A stretch of 64,000 nucleotides of DNA from contig DBJE01000001.1 in assembly GCA_002297045.1 (NCBI GenBank), positions 46,168 to 110,167 on the forward strand. Reading direction: 5' to 3'. The DNA comes from Bacillales bacterium UBA784 (lineage in GTDB: Bacteria > Bacillota_I > Bacilli_A > RFN20 > CAG-288). This document shows positions 17,636-27,343 of this stretch, piece after piece. The translations under genes and the position numbers were made by a program. The notes under the pieces are model-generated. The model saw only the letters and a list, made by a program, of their open reading frames with translations. It ran no database searches and was not told where the DNA came from. The stretch's first letter is position 1; each line of letters opens with the position of its first letter.

Positions 17636-20145
17636 GCATGTCCTCCTCCAGGAAGAAGGAACTGAAGAAACGGGAGTTCATCCTGAAAGGGAATAGGTGG
17701 AAAGTCGTTTTCTCCATTTCAGCCCCTCTCTTCTTCTTCACCCTCTTCAATTATATCTATTCCATTATCGATACCATCAGGTGTTCAGGCATATCCAAGG
17801 CAGCAGTCGATGCGGTCGGCGCCTTAAACCAGGCAAACAGCATGGTCATGGCCCTTGGAACGGCACTTGGCGCTGGAGGAAGTATTCTCATTGCCCGGGA
17901 AATCGGAAAGAAGGACTACAAGAAGGCACATGAATACGTCTGTACCATCTTCTTCTACGCCTTTCTCCTTGGCCTAGTCGTCTCTTCTATCGTTCTGCCT
18001 CTTGCCCACCCTCTATTAAGAAGGCTGAAGATTACTGAGGAGTCGATTGAAGTAGGGATTGATTACTTCCGCTTCTCCATTCTCACCTCCGCCTTAAGGA
18101 GGATGAACAACGTCTTCAGGGGCGTTGAAAAGGCCAGAGGCCGGACAAGGAGGAGGACCATCCTGAATGTCGGTGTCGTTTTAGTCAAGGTCGGACTCAA
18201 TTCTCTCTTCCTCTATGGGCTTGATTTAAGGGAGAGGAAGTATGTCTCCCTCTCCACAAGGATTGCCAATCTCTGCCTCACCCTTTTTGTCCTTGTTCAG
18301 CTCGCCTATAAAAGCTACCTTTTCCGTTTCTCCTTCAAGAAAATCAACTTCCGGAAAAAAAGGCTTAACCGCACCTTTCATATCTCCTTTCCGATTTTTC
18401 TTGGCAAGTTCATCTTCTCCTTTGGCAAGGTTGTCATCAACGCCCTGGCCTCAGGATACGGAAACGATGTCATTGGTGCCCTAGGGGTAAGCAACAACAG
18501 GGGAGGGAGTGTAACCTCCCCCATCTCCTCTATCGAAGATTCGACTTCCTCCATCATCTCCCAGAACAGGGGGGCAAAAAAGACAAAGCGGGTATTCCAG
18601 TGCTTCTTTGTCGGGCTGACCTACGCCCTTTCCATTGCTCTTATCGGCGTCATCCTCGTTACTATATTTGACACTCCCATTACCCGCTTCTTTGCCCGCA
18701 ATGCAGGAAGCGAGCAGGAAATAGAAGAGTTTGCCAGACACATCTCCTCAATCTTCTTCTATGAAAAGAGGGGAATAATCACCTTGGCCGTGAATTCGGC
18801 CGTCCTTGGTCTGCTCTATGGCCTTGGCTATACCTTTCTCGCCTCCCTAATCAATATCTCCCGTGTCTTTCTCTTCCGTGTGCCTATCTTCCTTATTCTT
18901 ATGGCCATCTTCCCAAATAGGGATGGATATAAGATCTGCGGACTAAGCAGGGGTATCAGCAATATCCTTATCGGAGTCAGGGCGGCAATCGTTGCAGTCT
19001 TTGTTCTTCTTCATAGGAAGAAAATGGGAACAATCAAGGAGGAAAACGAAAAAATGTTATCTAAGGAAGAAAAGCAGAAAATCGATGCCTATCTCGACAA
19101 CTATCTCCGTAACTATCAGCCCTATAAAGGGGGAATCATCTGCTATGAGGATGGCGTCGTCAGGGAAGGGGCGAGGAGAAGGTATAAGGCGACAAAAGAG
19201 AAAAAATACCTCGACTTTGTCGCCCGTTATTATGACCGGCTGATTGACGAAGAGGGGAACATTCCTACCTTTAAAAAAGAAAACCACTCGATTGACGACC
19301 TTCAGCCCGGATTTGCCCTCTTCCTTCTCAATGAGATTTCTCCTAAGGAGAAGTACAAAAAGGCAATCGAGTTCCTCTATTCCCGGGTTAAGGAAAGGCC
19401 AAGACTGAAAAACACATCTTTCCAGCATAAGGACCGCTATCCTAGCCAGTGCTGGCTAGACGGACTGTTTATGGCTCTTCCCTTCTATGGGGAGTGCGCC
19501 CTTTCCTTCCACGAAGAGGAAGGAAGGAGAGACATTCTTAGGCAGTTCCAAAATGTCTTTGCCTATCATCGGGGGGAGGATGAACGCTTCTACCATGCCT
19601 ACGACGAAAAGAAAGTCAGGCAGTGGGCGGATAAAGAGACCGGAAGAAGTAAGAATGTCTGGCTCCGCTCGGTCGGCTGGCTGATCAGGGCAACTTGCGA
19701 TGTGGCAGAGTGCTTTGATAAGGACGGCCATCCTCTAAGGAGGGAGGAGAGGAAGAAAAGGCTAAAAGGCGAACTTGGCTCTTTGGAAAAGGCAATCGAT
19801 AAGGAGAGGAACAGGATCAAGGACCTTCCCTTCATCGATGATAGAAAGAACTACTTTGAGACAAGCGGTTCCCTTAGGGATGCCTACGGCTATTTAAAGG
19901 GCAGCCGGATCGGACTGCTTCCCTTTAAAGAAAGCGGGAAGGGAGTGAAGATCTTTTCTTCCGTTGTTACCCATAGGTTAAAGGACGGCCATCTGGAGAA
20001 CATCTGTCTTGTCTCCGGACTTGATAACGAGAGAAGAGACGGCTCAGTGGAGTATTATCTCTCTGAGCCCATCGTCAAAGACGACGCCAAAGGGGTAGGA
20101 CCCTTTAGGATGTGCTATTCGGAGTTTCTGCAAAGGCCCTATTAG
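17632..20145 (+). CDS. Single 837-aa ORF: MATE/MOP-superfamily polytopic membrane domain (aa 1 to ~470) fused in-frame to a GH105 unsaturated rhamnogalacturonyl hydrolase domain (YteR-like, aa ~475-837)
   Basis: N-terminal part: 12 predicted hydrophobic spans with a MATE-like pattern. C-terminal part: YPSQCWLDGLFMALPFYGE and VWLRSVGWLIRAT match the YteR motifs QMWLDGLYM and WARSIGW. There is no stop between the domains. An internal AGGAGG (19037-19042) plus ATG (19054) could also express GH105 alone. Confidence 0.7.
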   Translation: MSMSSSRKKELKKREFILKGNRWKVVFSISAPLFFFTLFNYIYSIIDTIRCSGISKAAVDAVGALNQANSMVMALGTALGAGGSILIAREIGKKDYKKAHEYVCTIFFYAFLLGLVVSSIVLPLAHPLLRRLKITEESIEVGIDYFRFSILTSALRRMNNVFRGVEKARGRTRRRTILNVGVVLVKVGLNSLFLYGLDLRERKYVSLSTRIANLCLTLFVLVQLAYKSYLFRFSFKKINFRKKRLNRTFHISFPIFLGKFIFSFGKVVINALASGYGNDVIGALGVSNNRGGSVTSPISSIEDSTSSIISQNRGAKKTKRVFQCFFVGLTYALSIALIGVILVTIFDTPITRFFARNAGSEQEIEEFARHISSIFFYEKRGIITLAVNSAVLGLLYGLGYTFLASLINISRVFLFRVPIFLILMAIFPNRDGYKICGLSRGISNILIGVRAAIVAVFVLLHRKKMGTIKEENEKMLSKEEKQKIDAYLDNYLRNYQPYKGGIICYEDGVVREGARRRYKATKEKKYLDFVARYYDRLIDEEGNIPTFKKENHSIDDLQPGFALFLLNEISPKEKYKKAIEFLYSRVKERPRLKNTSFQHKDRYPSQCWLDGLFMALPFYGECALSFHEEEGRRDILRQFQNVFAYHRGEDERFYHAYDEKKVRQWADKETGRSKNVWLRSVGWLIRATCDVAECFDKDGHPLRREERKKRLKGELGSLEKAIDKERNRIKDLPFIDDRKNYFETSGSLRDAYGYLKGSRIGLLPFKESGKGVKIFSSVVTHRLKDGHLENICLVSGLDNERRDGSVEYYLSEPIVKDDAKGVGPFRMCYSEFLQRPY

Positions 20146-20165
20146 GGAGAAAGGAAGAAAAAAAG

Positions 20166-21629
20166 ATGGAAAGGTTATCGTCGAAAGTCAGGAAAAAGGA
20201 AAAAAAGAAAATCAAAATAAGGCAGTTCGGGGAAGGGAACTTCCTCCGGGCCTTTATCGACTGGAGGATCAAGAAAAGGAACGATAAAGGAGTCTATGAC
20301 GGCCACGTCGTCCTTGTCCAGCCTCTTGAAAAAGGGAGAGTGGAAGAGCTGAAGAAGCAGGACTATCTCTACACCCTTATCCTTCAGGGACTAAACGAGG
20401 AAAATAAACCGGTCAAAAGGCATGAAGTCATTCCGGTTATCGATGACGGGGTGAATCCCTATACGGAATACCAAAAATTCCTTTCCTATGGGGAGAGTAA
20501 GGATTTAGAGGTCATTATCTCCAATACGACCGAGGCCGGAATCCGTTTTGAGGAAAAGGATGTTTCCCTTGACAGGGAAAAGAATACTCCCCTTTCCTAT
20601 CCCGGTAAGCTTCTCGCCCTTTTAAAACGGCGTTATGATGTCCTTGGAAAGGAATATGGACTTTCCATCATCCCCTGCGAACTCATCGATGACAACGGGG
20701 ACAAGCTCAAGGAGGTTCTTCTCTCTCTTGCCAGAGCCAAGAAAAGGGATAGTGGTTTCCTTGATTACCTGGAAAAGGGCTGTCACTATACTTCTACTCT
20801 TGTGGACCGGATTGTCCCTGGCTTCCCCAAAGACGAGTTTCCTTCTCTCTGCAAGGAGTTTGGCTATATCGACAACAACAGGGTGAAGGGGGAATACTTC
20901 CACCTCTTTGTCCTGAAAAAGGAACCCTTTGTCCGGGAGAGATTCCCTGTCGACCAGGCTGGAGTTAACGCCATCTATGTCTCTGACGTCCATCCCTACA
21001 AGCAGAGAAAAGTCAGAATCCTGAACGGTTCGCATACTTCCCTTGTCCCCGTCGCCTATCTAGCGGGATATAAGGAAGTCAGAGAAAGCCTTCTCGATGA
21101 AAGAATCTACCGCTTTTTGCTGGAGGAACAGCAAGAAGAGATTCTTCCCACCCTGCATGCCAACGGAAGCGAGCAATTCGCAAAGGATGTCAGGAAGCGG
21201 TTTTTAAATCCCTATGTCCACCATGCCCTTTTATCCATTGCGTTGAATAGTCAGGCAAAATTCAAAGAAAGAGACCTTCCGACCATCCTCGATAATCTAG
21301 AAAGGGGACATAGGCCGACCCATCTTTTTTTCTCCCTTGCCGCCCTTCTTGTCTTCTACCGTGGATACTTTGTTCTCCATGGCAAACGAGAAGAGATTCC
21401 TCTGAAGGACGATGAAAATAACCTTCTTTTCAGGAAGAAAATCTGGGCGGAGTACGAGAAGGATAAGTCTAGGGATAGACTGGCTTGTTCCTATCTTTCA
21501 GACATTGAAATATTTGGTCAGGACCTGACCAAGGTCGACGGATTAAAAGACGAGTTTGTCTCTGATCTATCCTTGATCAGGGAAAGCAAGGATAGGTTTG
21601 AGGCAAGGGAGAAGAAGTTCCATGAATGA
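20166..21629 (+). CDS. uxaB: Tagaturonate reductase / altronate oxidoreductase
   Basis: IRQFGEGNFLRAFIDW N-terminus typical of UxaB and mannitol-DH family length. Start at MERLSS with an RBS. Confidence 0.8.
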   Translation: MERLSSKVRKKEKKKIKIRQFGEGNFLRAFIDWRIKKRNDKGVYDGHVVLVQPLEKGRVEELKKQDYLYTLILQGLNEENKPVKRHEVIPVIDDGVNPYTEYQKFLSYGESKDLEVIISNTTEAGIRFEEKDVSLDREKNTPLSYPGKLLALLKRRYDVLGKEYGLSIIPCELIDDNGDKLKEVLLSLARAKKRDSGFLDYLEKGCHYTSTLVDRIVPGFPKDEFPSLCKEFGYIDNNRVKGEYFHLFVLKKEPFVRERFPVDQAGVNAIYVSDVHPYKQRKVRILNGSHTSLVPVAYLAGYKEVRESLLDERIYRFLLEEQQEEILPTLHANGSEQFAKDVRKRFLNPYVHHALLSIALNSQAKFKERDLPTILDNLERGHRPTHLFFSLAALLVFYRGYFVLHGKREEIPLKDDENNLLFRKKIWAEYEKDKSRDRLACSYLSDIEIFGQDLTKVDGLKDEFVSDLSLIRESKDRFEAREKKFHE

Positions 21630-23091
21630 CTTTGTCAGAATCTGTCCAGAGGATGATGTCATCGTCCTTCTTAAGGAGATGAAGAAAGGGGACGTCGTCG
21701 ATGGTATTCCCTTACTCGATGATGTCAAAATGGGACACAAGGTTGCCATTCATGACAGGAAAAAGGGGGATTTTGTCCACAAGTACGGAACCATCATCGG
21801 CAAGGCAAAGAATGACATTAAGAGAGGCGAATTTGTCCATTCCCACAACCTGGTCACTTCTTTAGACGGAGCCAATCCCATCTACACCTATTCCCCGGTT
21901 TCCTTTCCTCCTTTTCCCAAAAGCGACAAAACCTTCCTTGGCTACCTGAGAAACAAGGATCTTGCCGGAACGAGAAACGACAGGTATCTTGTTCCGACGG
22001 TTGGCTGTGTCAACTCCCTTCTTTCCTTAAGGAAGCAGAAGTTTCTTCTCGCTCATCCTTCCTTTTCCCATCAAATCAAGATCCTCTCTCATCCCTATGG
22101 CTGCTCTCAGCTTGGGGATGATCTTACCCACACAAGAAAGATCCTTGCTGCTCTTTGCCGTAATCCAAACTGCGGCGGACTACTTGTCCTAGGCCTTGGC
22201 TGTGAGAACAATTCCCTCTCCTCTTTCAGGAAGGAAATCGGTCCGTATGATGAAAAACGTGTCCGCTACTTCAATGCCCAGGAGCAGGAAGACGAAATCC
22301 GTTACGGCGTAGAACGAAGGGAAGAACTCTATCAGGTCAGGAAGGAAGACAAGCGGACAAAGCTCCCCCTTTCGAGGATTACCTTGGGGGTGAAATGCGG
22401 AGGTTCGGACGGCTTTTCCGGACTGACGGCGAATCCGCTTCTTGGCAAGGTCAGCGACATCATCGGCTCAAGCCAAGGCAAGGTCTGCCTTACCGAAGTT
22501 CCGGAAAGGTTCGGTGCGGAACAATACCTGATGAACCGGGCAAAGGACAGAAAGACCTTTGACAAAATCGTCAACCTGATTACTTCCTTCAAGGAATACT
22601 ACAAGAGAAACAATAGGCCCTGCTATGAAAATCCTTCGCCCGGAAACAAGGAAGGAGGCATTACCACCCTGGAAGAGAAGTCCAACGGATGTATCCTCAA
22701 AGGGGGTAGACTGAAAGTCAGGGATGTCCTTGATTATGGAGAGAGGGCGAAAGAGTGCGGACTTTCCTTAGTCAACGGACCGGGGAACGATCTTGTCGCC
22801 TGTACTGATCTTGCGGCAAGCGGATGCAATCTTATCTGCTTCACCACGGGAAGAGGAACCCCCTTTGGCTCGATTGTTCCGACGATCAAAATCGGGACGA
22901 ATCCCTTGATCAGCAGAAAAAAGAGTGACTGGATTGACTTTGACGGGGGAAGAGTATTGACTAGTCCGTGGGATGAAGTGACTTCTTCCCTGCTTGATTT
23001 GATTATCGCCGTCGCTTCCGGAAAGGAAGTGAAGGCCGAGAGAAGCCTAGATGATCCGATTGCCTTATTTAAAACAGGGGTTACCTTATAG
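21622..23091 (+). CDS. uxaA: Altronate dehydratase
   Basis: N-terminal SAF domain followed by the large UxaA/GarD dehydratase domain. Start at MNDFVRI overlapping uxaB. Confidence 0.85.
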   Translation: MNDFVRICPEDDVIVLLKEMKKGDVVDGIPLLDDVKMGHKVAIHDRKKGDFVHKYGTIIGKAKNDIKRGEFVHSHNLVTSLDGANPIYTYSPVSFPPFPKSDKTFLGYLRNKDLAGTRNDRYLVPTVGCVNSLLSLRKQKFLLAHPSFSHQIKILSHPYGCSQLGDDLTHTRKILAALCRNPNCGGLLVLGLGCENNSLSSFRKEIGPYDEKRVRYFNAQEQEDEIRYGVERREELYQVRKEDKRTKLPLSRITLGVKCGGSDGFSGLTANPLLGKVSDIIGSSQGKVCLTEVPERFGAEQYLMNRAKDRKTFDKIVNLITSFKEYYKRNNRPCYENPSPGNKEGGITTLEEKSNGCILKGGRLKVRDVLDYGERAKECGLSLVNGPGNDLVACTDLAASGCNLICFTTGRGTPFGSIVPTIKIGTNPLISRKKSDWIDFDGGRVLTSPWDEVTSSLLDLIIAVASGKEVKAERSLDDPIALFKTGVTL

Positions 23092-23102
23092 GAGAAAAAA
23101 CG

Positions 23103-24509
23103 ATGAAAAAATTCATAGGCGACGATTTCCTTTTGGACAACGAAGTGGCAAAACGGCTTTATGAGAAGCATGCCCGGAAAAGGCCGATTTTCGACTACCA
23201 CTGCCATCTGATTCCTCGGCAGATCTATGAGGACTATCATTTTTCCTCGATTACGGAAGCCTGGCTTGGAAAGGACGGATACGGAGACCACTACAAATGG
23301 CGCCTGAGGCGAGAGAGGGGAGTCAAGGAAGAATTCATCACCGGGAAGAAAAGCGACGAGGAACGCTTCAGGAAATATGCTGAGTGCATGCCGTATTTTG
23401 TCGGAAACCCGATCTACGAATGGACCCATCTGGAACTGAAACACTTCTTTGGGATCACTAAGCCTCTAAACCCAGACACGGCCAAGGAAATCTATGACGA
23501 GTGCAACGGGAAACTTAAGACCCTCTCGGCAAGAAAGAGGAGGACAAGGAGCAACGTCACGACCGTCTATACCACTGACGACCCCGTCGATGATCTCTAT
23601 TACCACCAGCTTAGGGCAAAGGACCCTTCACTGAACATCAAGGTTGCCCCTGCCTTCCGTCCGGACAAGGTCATCAATATCGAACGGGAGACCTTCCTCG
23701 GCGAAAGGAAAAAACTTGAGGAGATTTCCGGAAAGGGATTCTCTTCCCTTTCCGACAGGCTCTCTGCTTTAGATGAGCGCCTTGCCTATTTTGTCTTAAA
23801 CGGATGCTGTGCAAGCGACCATGCCCTTGATGTCAGGCATTTTAAAAAGGGCGTCACCTATGAGGAGGCAAATCAGGTGTTCCTCAAGGGAAGGAAGGGA
23901 GAGAAGGTTTCCTTTGAGGAAGAGGATATCTACAAAGGGTATCTTCTCCTTCACCTTGGAAGAGAGTATCACAAGTACAACAGGGTCAGGGAACTTCACA
24001 TCGGAGCTAGGCGCAATAACTCAAGCCGCTTTTATTCCTTAAGGGGCGCTGACACAGGCTTTGATGCGGTCAGCGACTATCCGATTGCCGAAAAGCTCTC
24101 CTGTTTCCTTGATACCCTCGATCAGAGCGACGAACTTCCTAAGACCGTTCTCTTCACCCTTAACGAGAAGGATTACATTGTCCTCGTCACCTTGAGGAAC
24201 TGCTTCCAGAACTCTCAAAAGGGTAAGATCCAGAGGGGAACCTCCTGGTGGTTCAACGACCACTATGACGGAAGGAGGAATCAGCTTAAGTGGCTTTCTA
24301 ACGATGGCCTCCTCTCCTGTTTTATCGGCAGGCTGACCGACTCCCGCAGCTTCTTAAGCTATCCCCGCCATGATTACTTCCGTCGCGAGCTATGCAATTA
24401 CCTTGGCGAGCTTGTCGAAGAGGGACGCTATCCGGACGATGAAGAAACGCTTGGTAAAATCGTCGAAGATGTTTCCTATAACAACGCGGTCGCGTATTTT
24501 AAGCGTTAG
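23103..24509 (+). CDS. uxaC: Glucuronate isomerase
   Basis: MKKFIGDDFLLDNEVAKRLYEKHARKRPIFDYHCHL, the canonical UxaC N-terminus. Length 468 aa. Confidence 0.9.
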   Translation: MKKFIGDDFLLDNEVAKRLYEKHARKRPIFDYHCHLIPRQIYEDYHFSSITEAWLGKDGYGDHYKWRLRRERGVKEEFITGKKSDEERFRKYAECMPYFVGNPIYEWTHLELKHFFGITKPLNPDTAKEIYDECNGKLKTLSARKRRTRSNVTTVYTTDDPVDDLYYHQLRAKDPSLNIKVAPAFRPDKVINIERETFLGERKKLEEISGKGFSSLSDRLSALDERLAYFVLNGCCASDHALDVRHFKKGVTYEEANQVFLKGRKGEKVSFEEEDIYKGYLLLHLGREYHKYNRVRELHIGARRNNSSRFYSLRGADTGFDAVSDYPIAEKLSCFLDTLDQSDELPKTVLFTLNEKDYIVLVTLRNCFQNSQKGKIQRGTSWWFNDHYDGRRNQLKWLSNDGLLSCFIGRLTDSRSFLSYPRHDYFRRELCNYLGELVEEGRYPDDEETLGKIVEDVSYNNAVAYFKR

Positions 24510-25449
24510 TTTCTAAAAAATCATTTAGCAAGGCTTCATATCGCTTAGGCAATAGGGAGCCTTTTTTATTCCGGGTGAAGGAAGCCCGTCCATCCTTTAA
24601 CGGATATTCCTCAAACCGGCAGGTCTTCTCTCTCCCCTCTCTGTTCCAGTCGATGAACAGCAAGGGATTGATGTGGTCTTGGTAGGTGCAGGAGGAGAAG
24701 ACGCACTTCCCATATTCCCGCCAGGGGCGGGCAAGATAGACACTGCTTTTCTTTACTCCGCCGTTGAGGAAACGGCAGGAGGAGAAGAAAAAGCCGAAAT
24801 CGTCCTTCAGGGAATGGCTTGGTGCACAGACGTAATCCTCCTCTCTTCCGTCGTCTATGCTGATGATGTCGCAGGAAGTAAAGAGGGCTCTTCCTGCCCC
24901 GAAGATAAAGTCAAGGCTTCCTATGATCTTGCAGTCCTTGAAATAGTTCGTGCAATTGCCCTCTTTGTATCTCTCTTCCTCAGGAAGAAATCCCCTATAG
25001 CGGGTGATTAAGTCATCGGGCAATGGTCCGATAAAGAGGGTGTCCTGCGTGGAGGAGAAGGATGAGCGTAAGAAAAGATTGTCGTCGCCATAGACGGCCA
25101 AGGCGACCTGCTGTCCCTTCTCTAAAGGATTTAAGGCGGTATTGGCAATGTTTAGTCCTTCAAAGACATTGTGGCTGCCAAGCACCTTCCTTGTCCTGCT
25201 CTTCCAGGTTGTCAGCTTTTTTCCCTCCTTGTCCAGCCTGTTGGCGGAAAGATCGTTGTAGACTCTTCCTTCCCTTGTCAGATGAAAGTTGGAAAAAGGG
25301 AAGGCAAAGGAGAGCTTTTCCTGGCTTTTTAGGATAAGATGGTAGGGAGATGTTTCTCTTTTCCGGATCTCCGCGCAGGCCTTAAGCCTGTCCTTGACGG
25401 AGTAGAAAGTCAGCGCCTTGCATCCTTGGAAACTTTTAAGGGAAACCAT
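24499..25449 (-). CDS. Pectinesterase (CE8 pectin methylesterase)
   Basis: GSLDFIFGAG and QAVAL-like motifs with the parallel beta-helix pattern. Start set at MVSLKS, 6 nt after AAAGGAGG. Confidence 0.8.
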   Translation of the reverse strand: MVSLKSFQGCKALTFYSVKDRLKACAEIRKRETSPYHLILKSQEKLSFAFPFSNFHLTREGRVYNDLSANRLDKEGKKLTTWKSRTRKVLGSHNVFEGLNIANTALNPLEKGQQVALAVYGDDNLFLRSSFSSTQDTLFIGPLPDDLITRYRGFLPEEERYKEGNCTNYFKDCKIIGSLDFIFGAGRALFTSCDIISIDDGREEDYVCAPSHSLKDDFGFFFSSCRFLNGGVKKSSVYLARPWREYGKCVFSSCTYQDHINPLLFIDWNREGREKTCRFEEYPLKDGRASFTRNKKGSLLPKRYEALLNDFLETNA

Positions 25450-25512
25450 ATCCATCCTCCTTTTCATACACGATTAGTCTAGCAGGGAATGAAGAAAGGA
25501 AAAACAGAAAAG

Positions 25513-26370
25513 ATGAACCTTGGTGTCCGGGCACATGATTTATGCTCTCAGGCGGAGATTTCCGATTTTGTTTCGACAAGGGAGAAATATGGATTTTCCC
25601 TTATCCAGCTCGTCCTTCCTAAGGCAAGGAAGGATTTTTCTTTCGACAAGGGATACCTGGAAAGTCTATCCTCGGCCTTAGACCAAAAGGGAATCAAGGT
25701 AGCAAGGCTAGGGGCCTATTTCAATCCGGTCCACAGCGATAAGGACATCGTCAGAAAAGGAATCAGGAACTTTAAAAAGAGGATCGACATTGCCCCCTAT
25801 TTTCATCATCCATTGATTGGAAGCGAGACCGGTTCCTATTCCGACTCCCCCTGGGTCTACCATCCAAGGAACAGAACCGAAGAAGGATACAGAAAAAGCA
25901 AAGAGGTCTTTCTCTCCCTTGCTTCCTATGCCAAGGAAAAGGGGGAGAGCATCGCCATAGAGCCTGCTTATGGGCATGTCAGGTACAGTGTCGATGTCCT
26001 CAAGAGACTTTTTGACGACCTAAAGAGGGAGAACGTCTATGCCACCATCGATTTATATAATCTGCTTGATGTTTCGAATTTTTCCCATCGGAACGAAATC
26101 TTCCATGAGGCCTTATCCGCCTTTAAGGAGAAAGTCAGAATCATCCACCTCAAGGATGGAAGGATTAAGGAGGGGAAAAGGATTCAGGTCCCTCCGTTAA
26201 AAGGAGAATTCGACTATCCCTTCAGGAGGAGAGAAATCAAGAAGTACTGCAAGGACGCGACAAGGATATTCGAAGGGGTGAAAGCGATTGACATTCTAGA
26301 ATCAAAGAAAGGCATAGAAGACCTCTGGGAAAACGGTGGAAAAAGCATAAATCTGGTTTTTAAGAATTAA
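25513..26370 (+). CDS. Sugar phosphate isomerase/epimerase (xylose-isomerase-like TIM barrel) family protein
   Basis: Length and pattern (AIEPAYGH..., IDLYNL...) fit the family. The precise function is unknown. Confidence 0.5.
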   Translation: MNLGVRAHDLCSQAEISDFVSTREKYGFSLIQLVLPKARKDFSFDKGYLESLSSALDQKGIKVARLGAYFNPVHSDKDIVRKGIRNFKKRIDIAPYFHHPLIGSETGSYSDSPWVYHPRNRTEEGYRKSKEVFLSLASYAKEKGESIAIEPAYGHVRYSVDVLKRLFDDLKRENVYATIDLYNLLDVSNFSHRNEIFHEALSAFKEKVRIIHLKDGRIKEGKRIQVPPLKGEFDYPFRRREIKKYCKDATRIFEGVKAIDILESKKGIEDLWENGGKSINLVFKN

Positions 26371-26404
26371 GTCAAGAAAAACTTTCAATATTTTTTATCG
26401 AAAA

Positions 26405-26431
26405 AGTGCCGAGTTCAAGGCACTTTTTTCT
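26405..26431 (+). terminator. Rho-independent terminator
   Basis: Stem AGTGCC, loop gagttcaa, stem GGCACT, then T6. Confidence 0.8.
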
Positions 26432-26434
26432 TTT

Positions 26435-26446
26435 CTTGTATACAAG
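26435..26446. promoter_or_regulatory. CTTGTATACAAG operator-like palindrome (copy 2), about 27 bp upstream of the -10 element
   Basis: Identical 12-mer. It flanks the promoter (TATAAT at 26473-26478) of the ~13-kb pectin operon. Confidence 0.55.
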
Positions 26447-26472
26447 TATGATTCATTTTCCAAAATTGTGCG

Positions 26473-26478
26473 TATAAT
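26473..26478 (+). promoter_or_regulatory. -10 element TATAAT of the long pectin operon promoter
   Basis: TATAAT lies between the two operator copies and ~40 nt upstream of the RBS and ATG at 26519. Confidence 0.5.
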
Positions 26479-26493
26479 CTATGTAAGCGGTTG

Positions 26494-26505
26494 CTTGTAT
26501 ACAAG
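26494..26505. promoter_or_regulatory. CTTGTATACAAG operator-like palindrome (copy 3), overlapping the transcription start/leader
   Basis: Identical 12-mer, 16 nt downstream of the -10 element. Confidence 0.55.
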
Positions 26506-26518
26506 TAAAGGAGAGCAC

Positions 26519-27343
26519 ATGAGTCTAAAGAAATATCGCTTCATCGATCTGTCCATTCTTTTTGCCCTCTCCCTGCTTGTGGAAGTCGTTACCTCCCTTG
26601 TCTTCTACTATCTAGAGATTCCAAGGCTGTATATCTCCGTCACCTATGCCGTCACAAGGATAGCAATTATCCGATGGAACAAGGAAGGAGTCCTCGTCGG
26701 AGTCCTCTCTGGTCTCCTTTCCCAAATCATCCGCTCGCTGCTTAGAAATTCCTATTCTGCCTATGGCTTCCTCGTCACTTCCCTTCCTTATCTTACATTG
26801 GCCTTCCTCCTCCTCTTCTTCCGCAAAGAAGGATTCAAGGAAAAAAGGAACAGCAATCTTCTCTTCCTACTCCTTTATTCCCTTGCCGGCTTCCTTCTCC
26901 TTGAAGCGGGAAGAAGGCTATGTGAAATAGGAAACGAAGAGTATTACTCCACCTTTGCCATCCAAAGGGGATGCGATCTTCTCCAAAGGATCGTCTCCAC
27001 AATCCTCTTAGTCCTCGCCTTCTTCCAGCATTCCATTCTTATCGATAGGGATAGGAAGATTAAGGAAAGGAAAAAGGAGAACGCGACGGCAAGAAGGAGA
27101 AAGGAAAGATTCGACTATTACCGCCTTGAGGAGATTGCCAACGGAAACGACATCAATGACGCCGCCTTATTAGATGGGGGAACTCTATCGACGGAAGACC
27201 TCAAGATAAGGGAAGAGGAAAGAAGAAAAATCGAAGGGAAGGAAAGCTTCTTCGAAAAGGAAAACAAGGAGAGGCTGCAGTACTTATCCGAAAAAAAGAA
27301 TAAGGGAGGAAACAGCAACCATGGCAAATCGACAGCTGCCTAA
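26519..27343 (+). CDS. Polytopic membrane protein with a highly charged C-terminal tail, unknown function (first gene of the operon)
   Basis: RBS AAAGGAGAG 8 nt upstream of the ATG. About 6 hydrophobic spans are followed by the K/R/E-rich tail KERKKENATARRRKERF.... Confidence 0.5.
   Translation: MSLKKYRFIDLSILFALSLLVEVVTSLVFYYLEIPRLYISVTYAVTRIAIIRWNKEGVLVGVLSGLLSQIIRSLLRNSYSAYGFLVTSLPYLTLAFLLLFFRKEGFKEKRNSNLLFLLLYSLAGFLLLEAGRRLCEIGNEEYYSTFAIQRGCDLLQRIVSTILLVLAFFQHSILIDRDRKIKERKKENATARRRKERFDYYRLEEIANGNDINDAALLDGGTLSTEDLKIREEERRKIEGKESFFEKENKERLQYLSEKKNKGGNSNHGKSTAA

Noticed and set aside
17632-20145. Treating MATE and GH105 as two separate genes
   Set aside because: There is no stop codon in the frame between the domains. 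The region is therefore reported as one ORF, with the internal RBS/ATG at 19037-19056 noted as an alternative.
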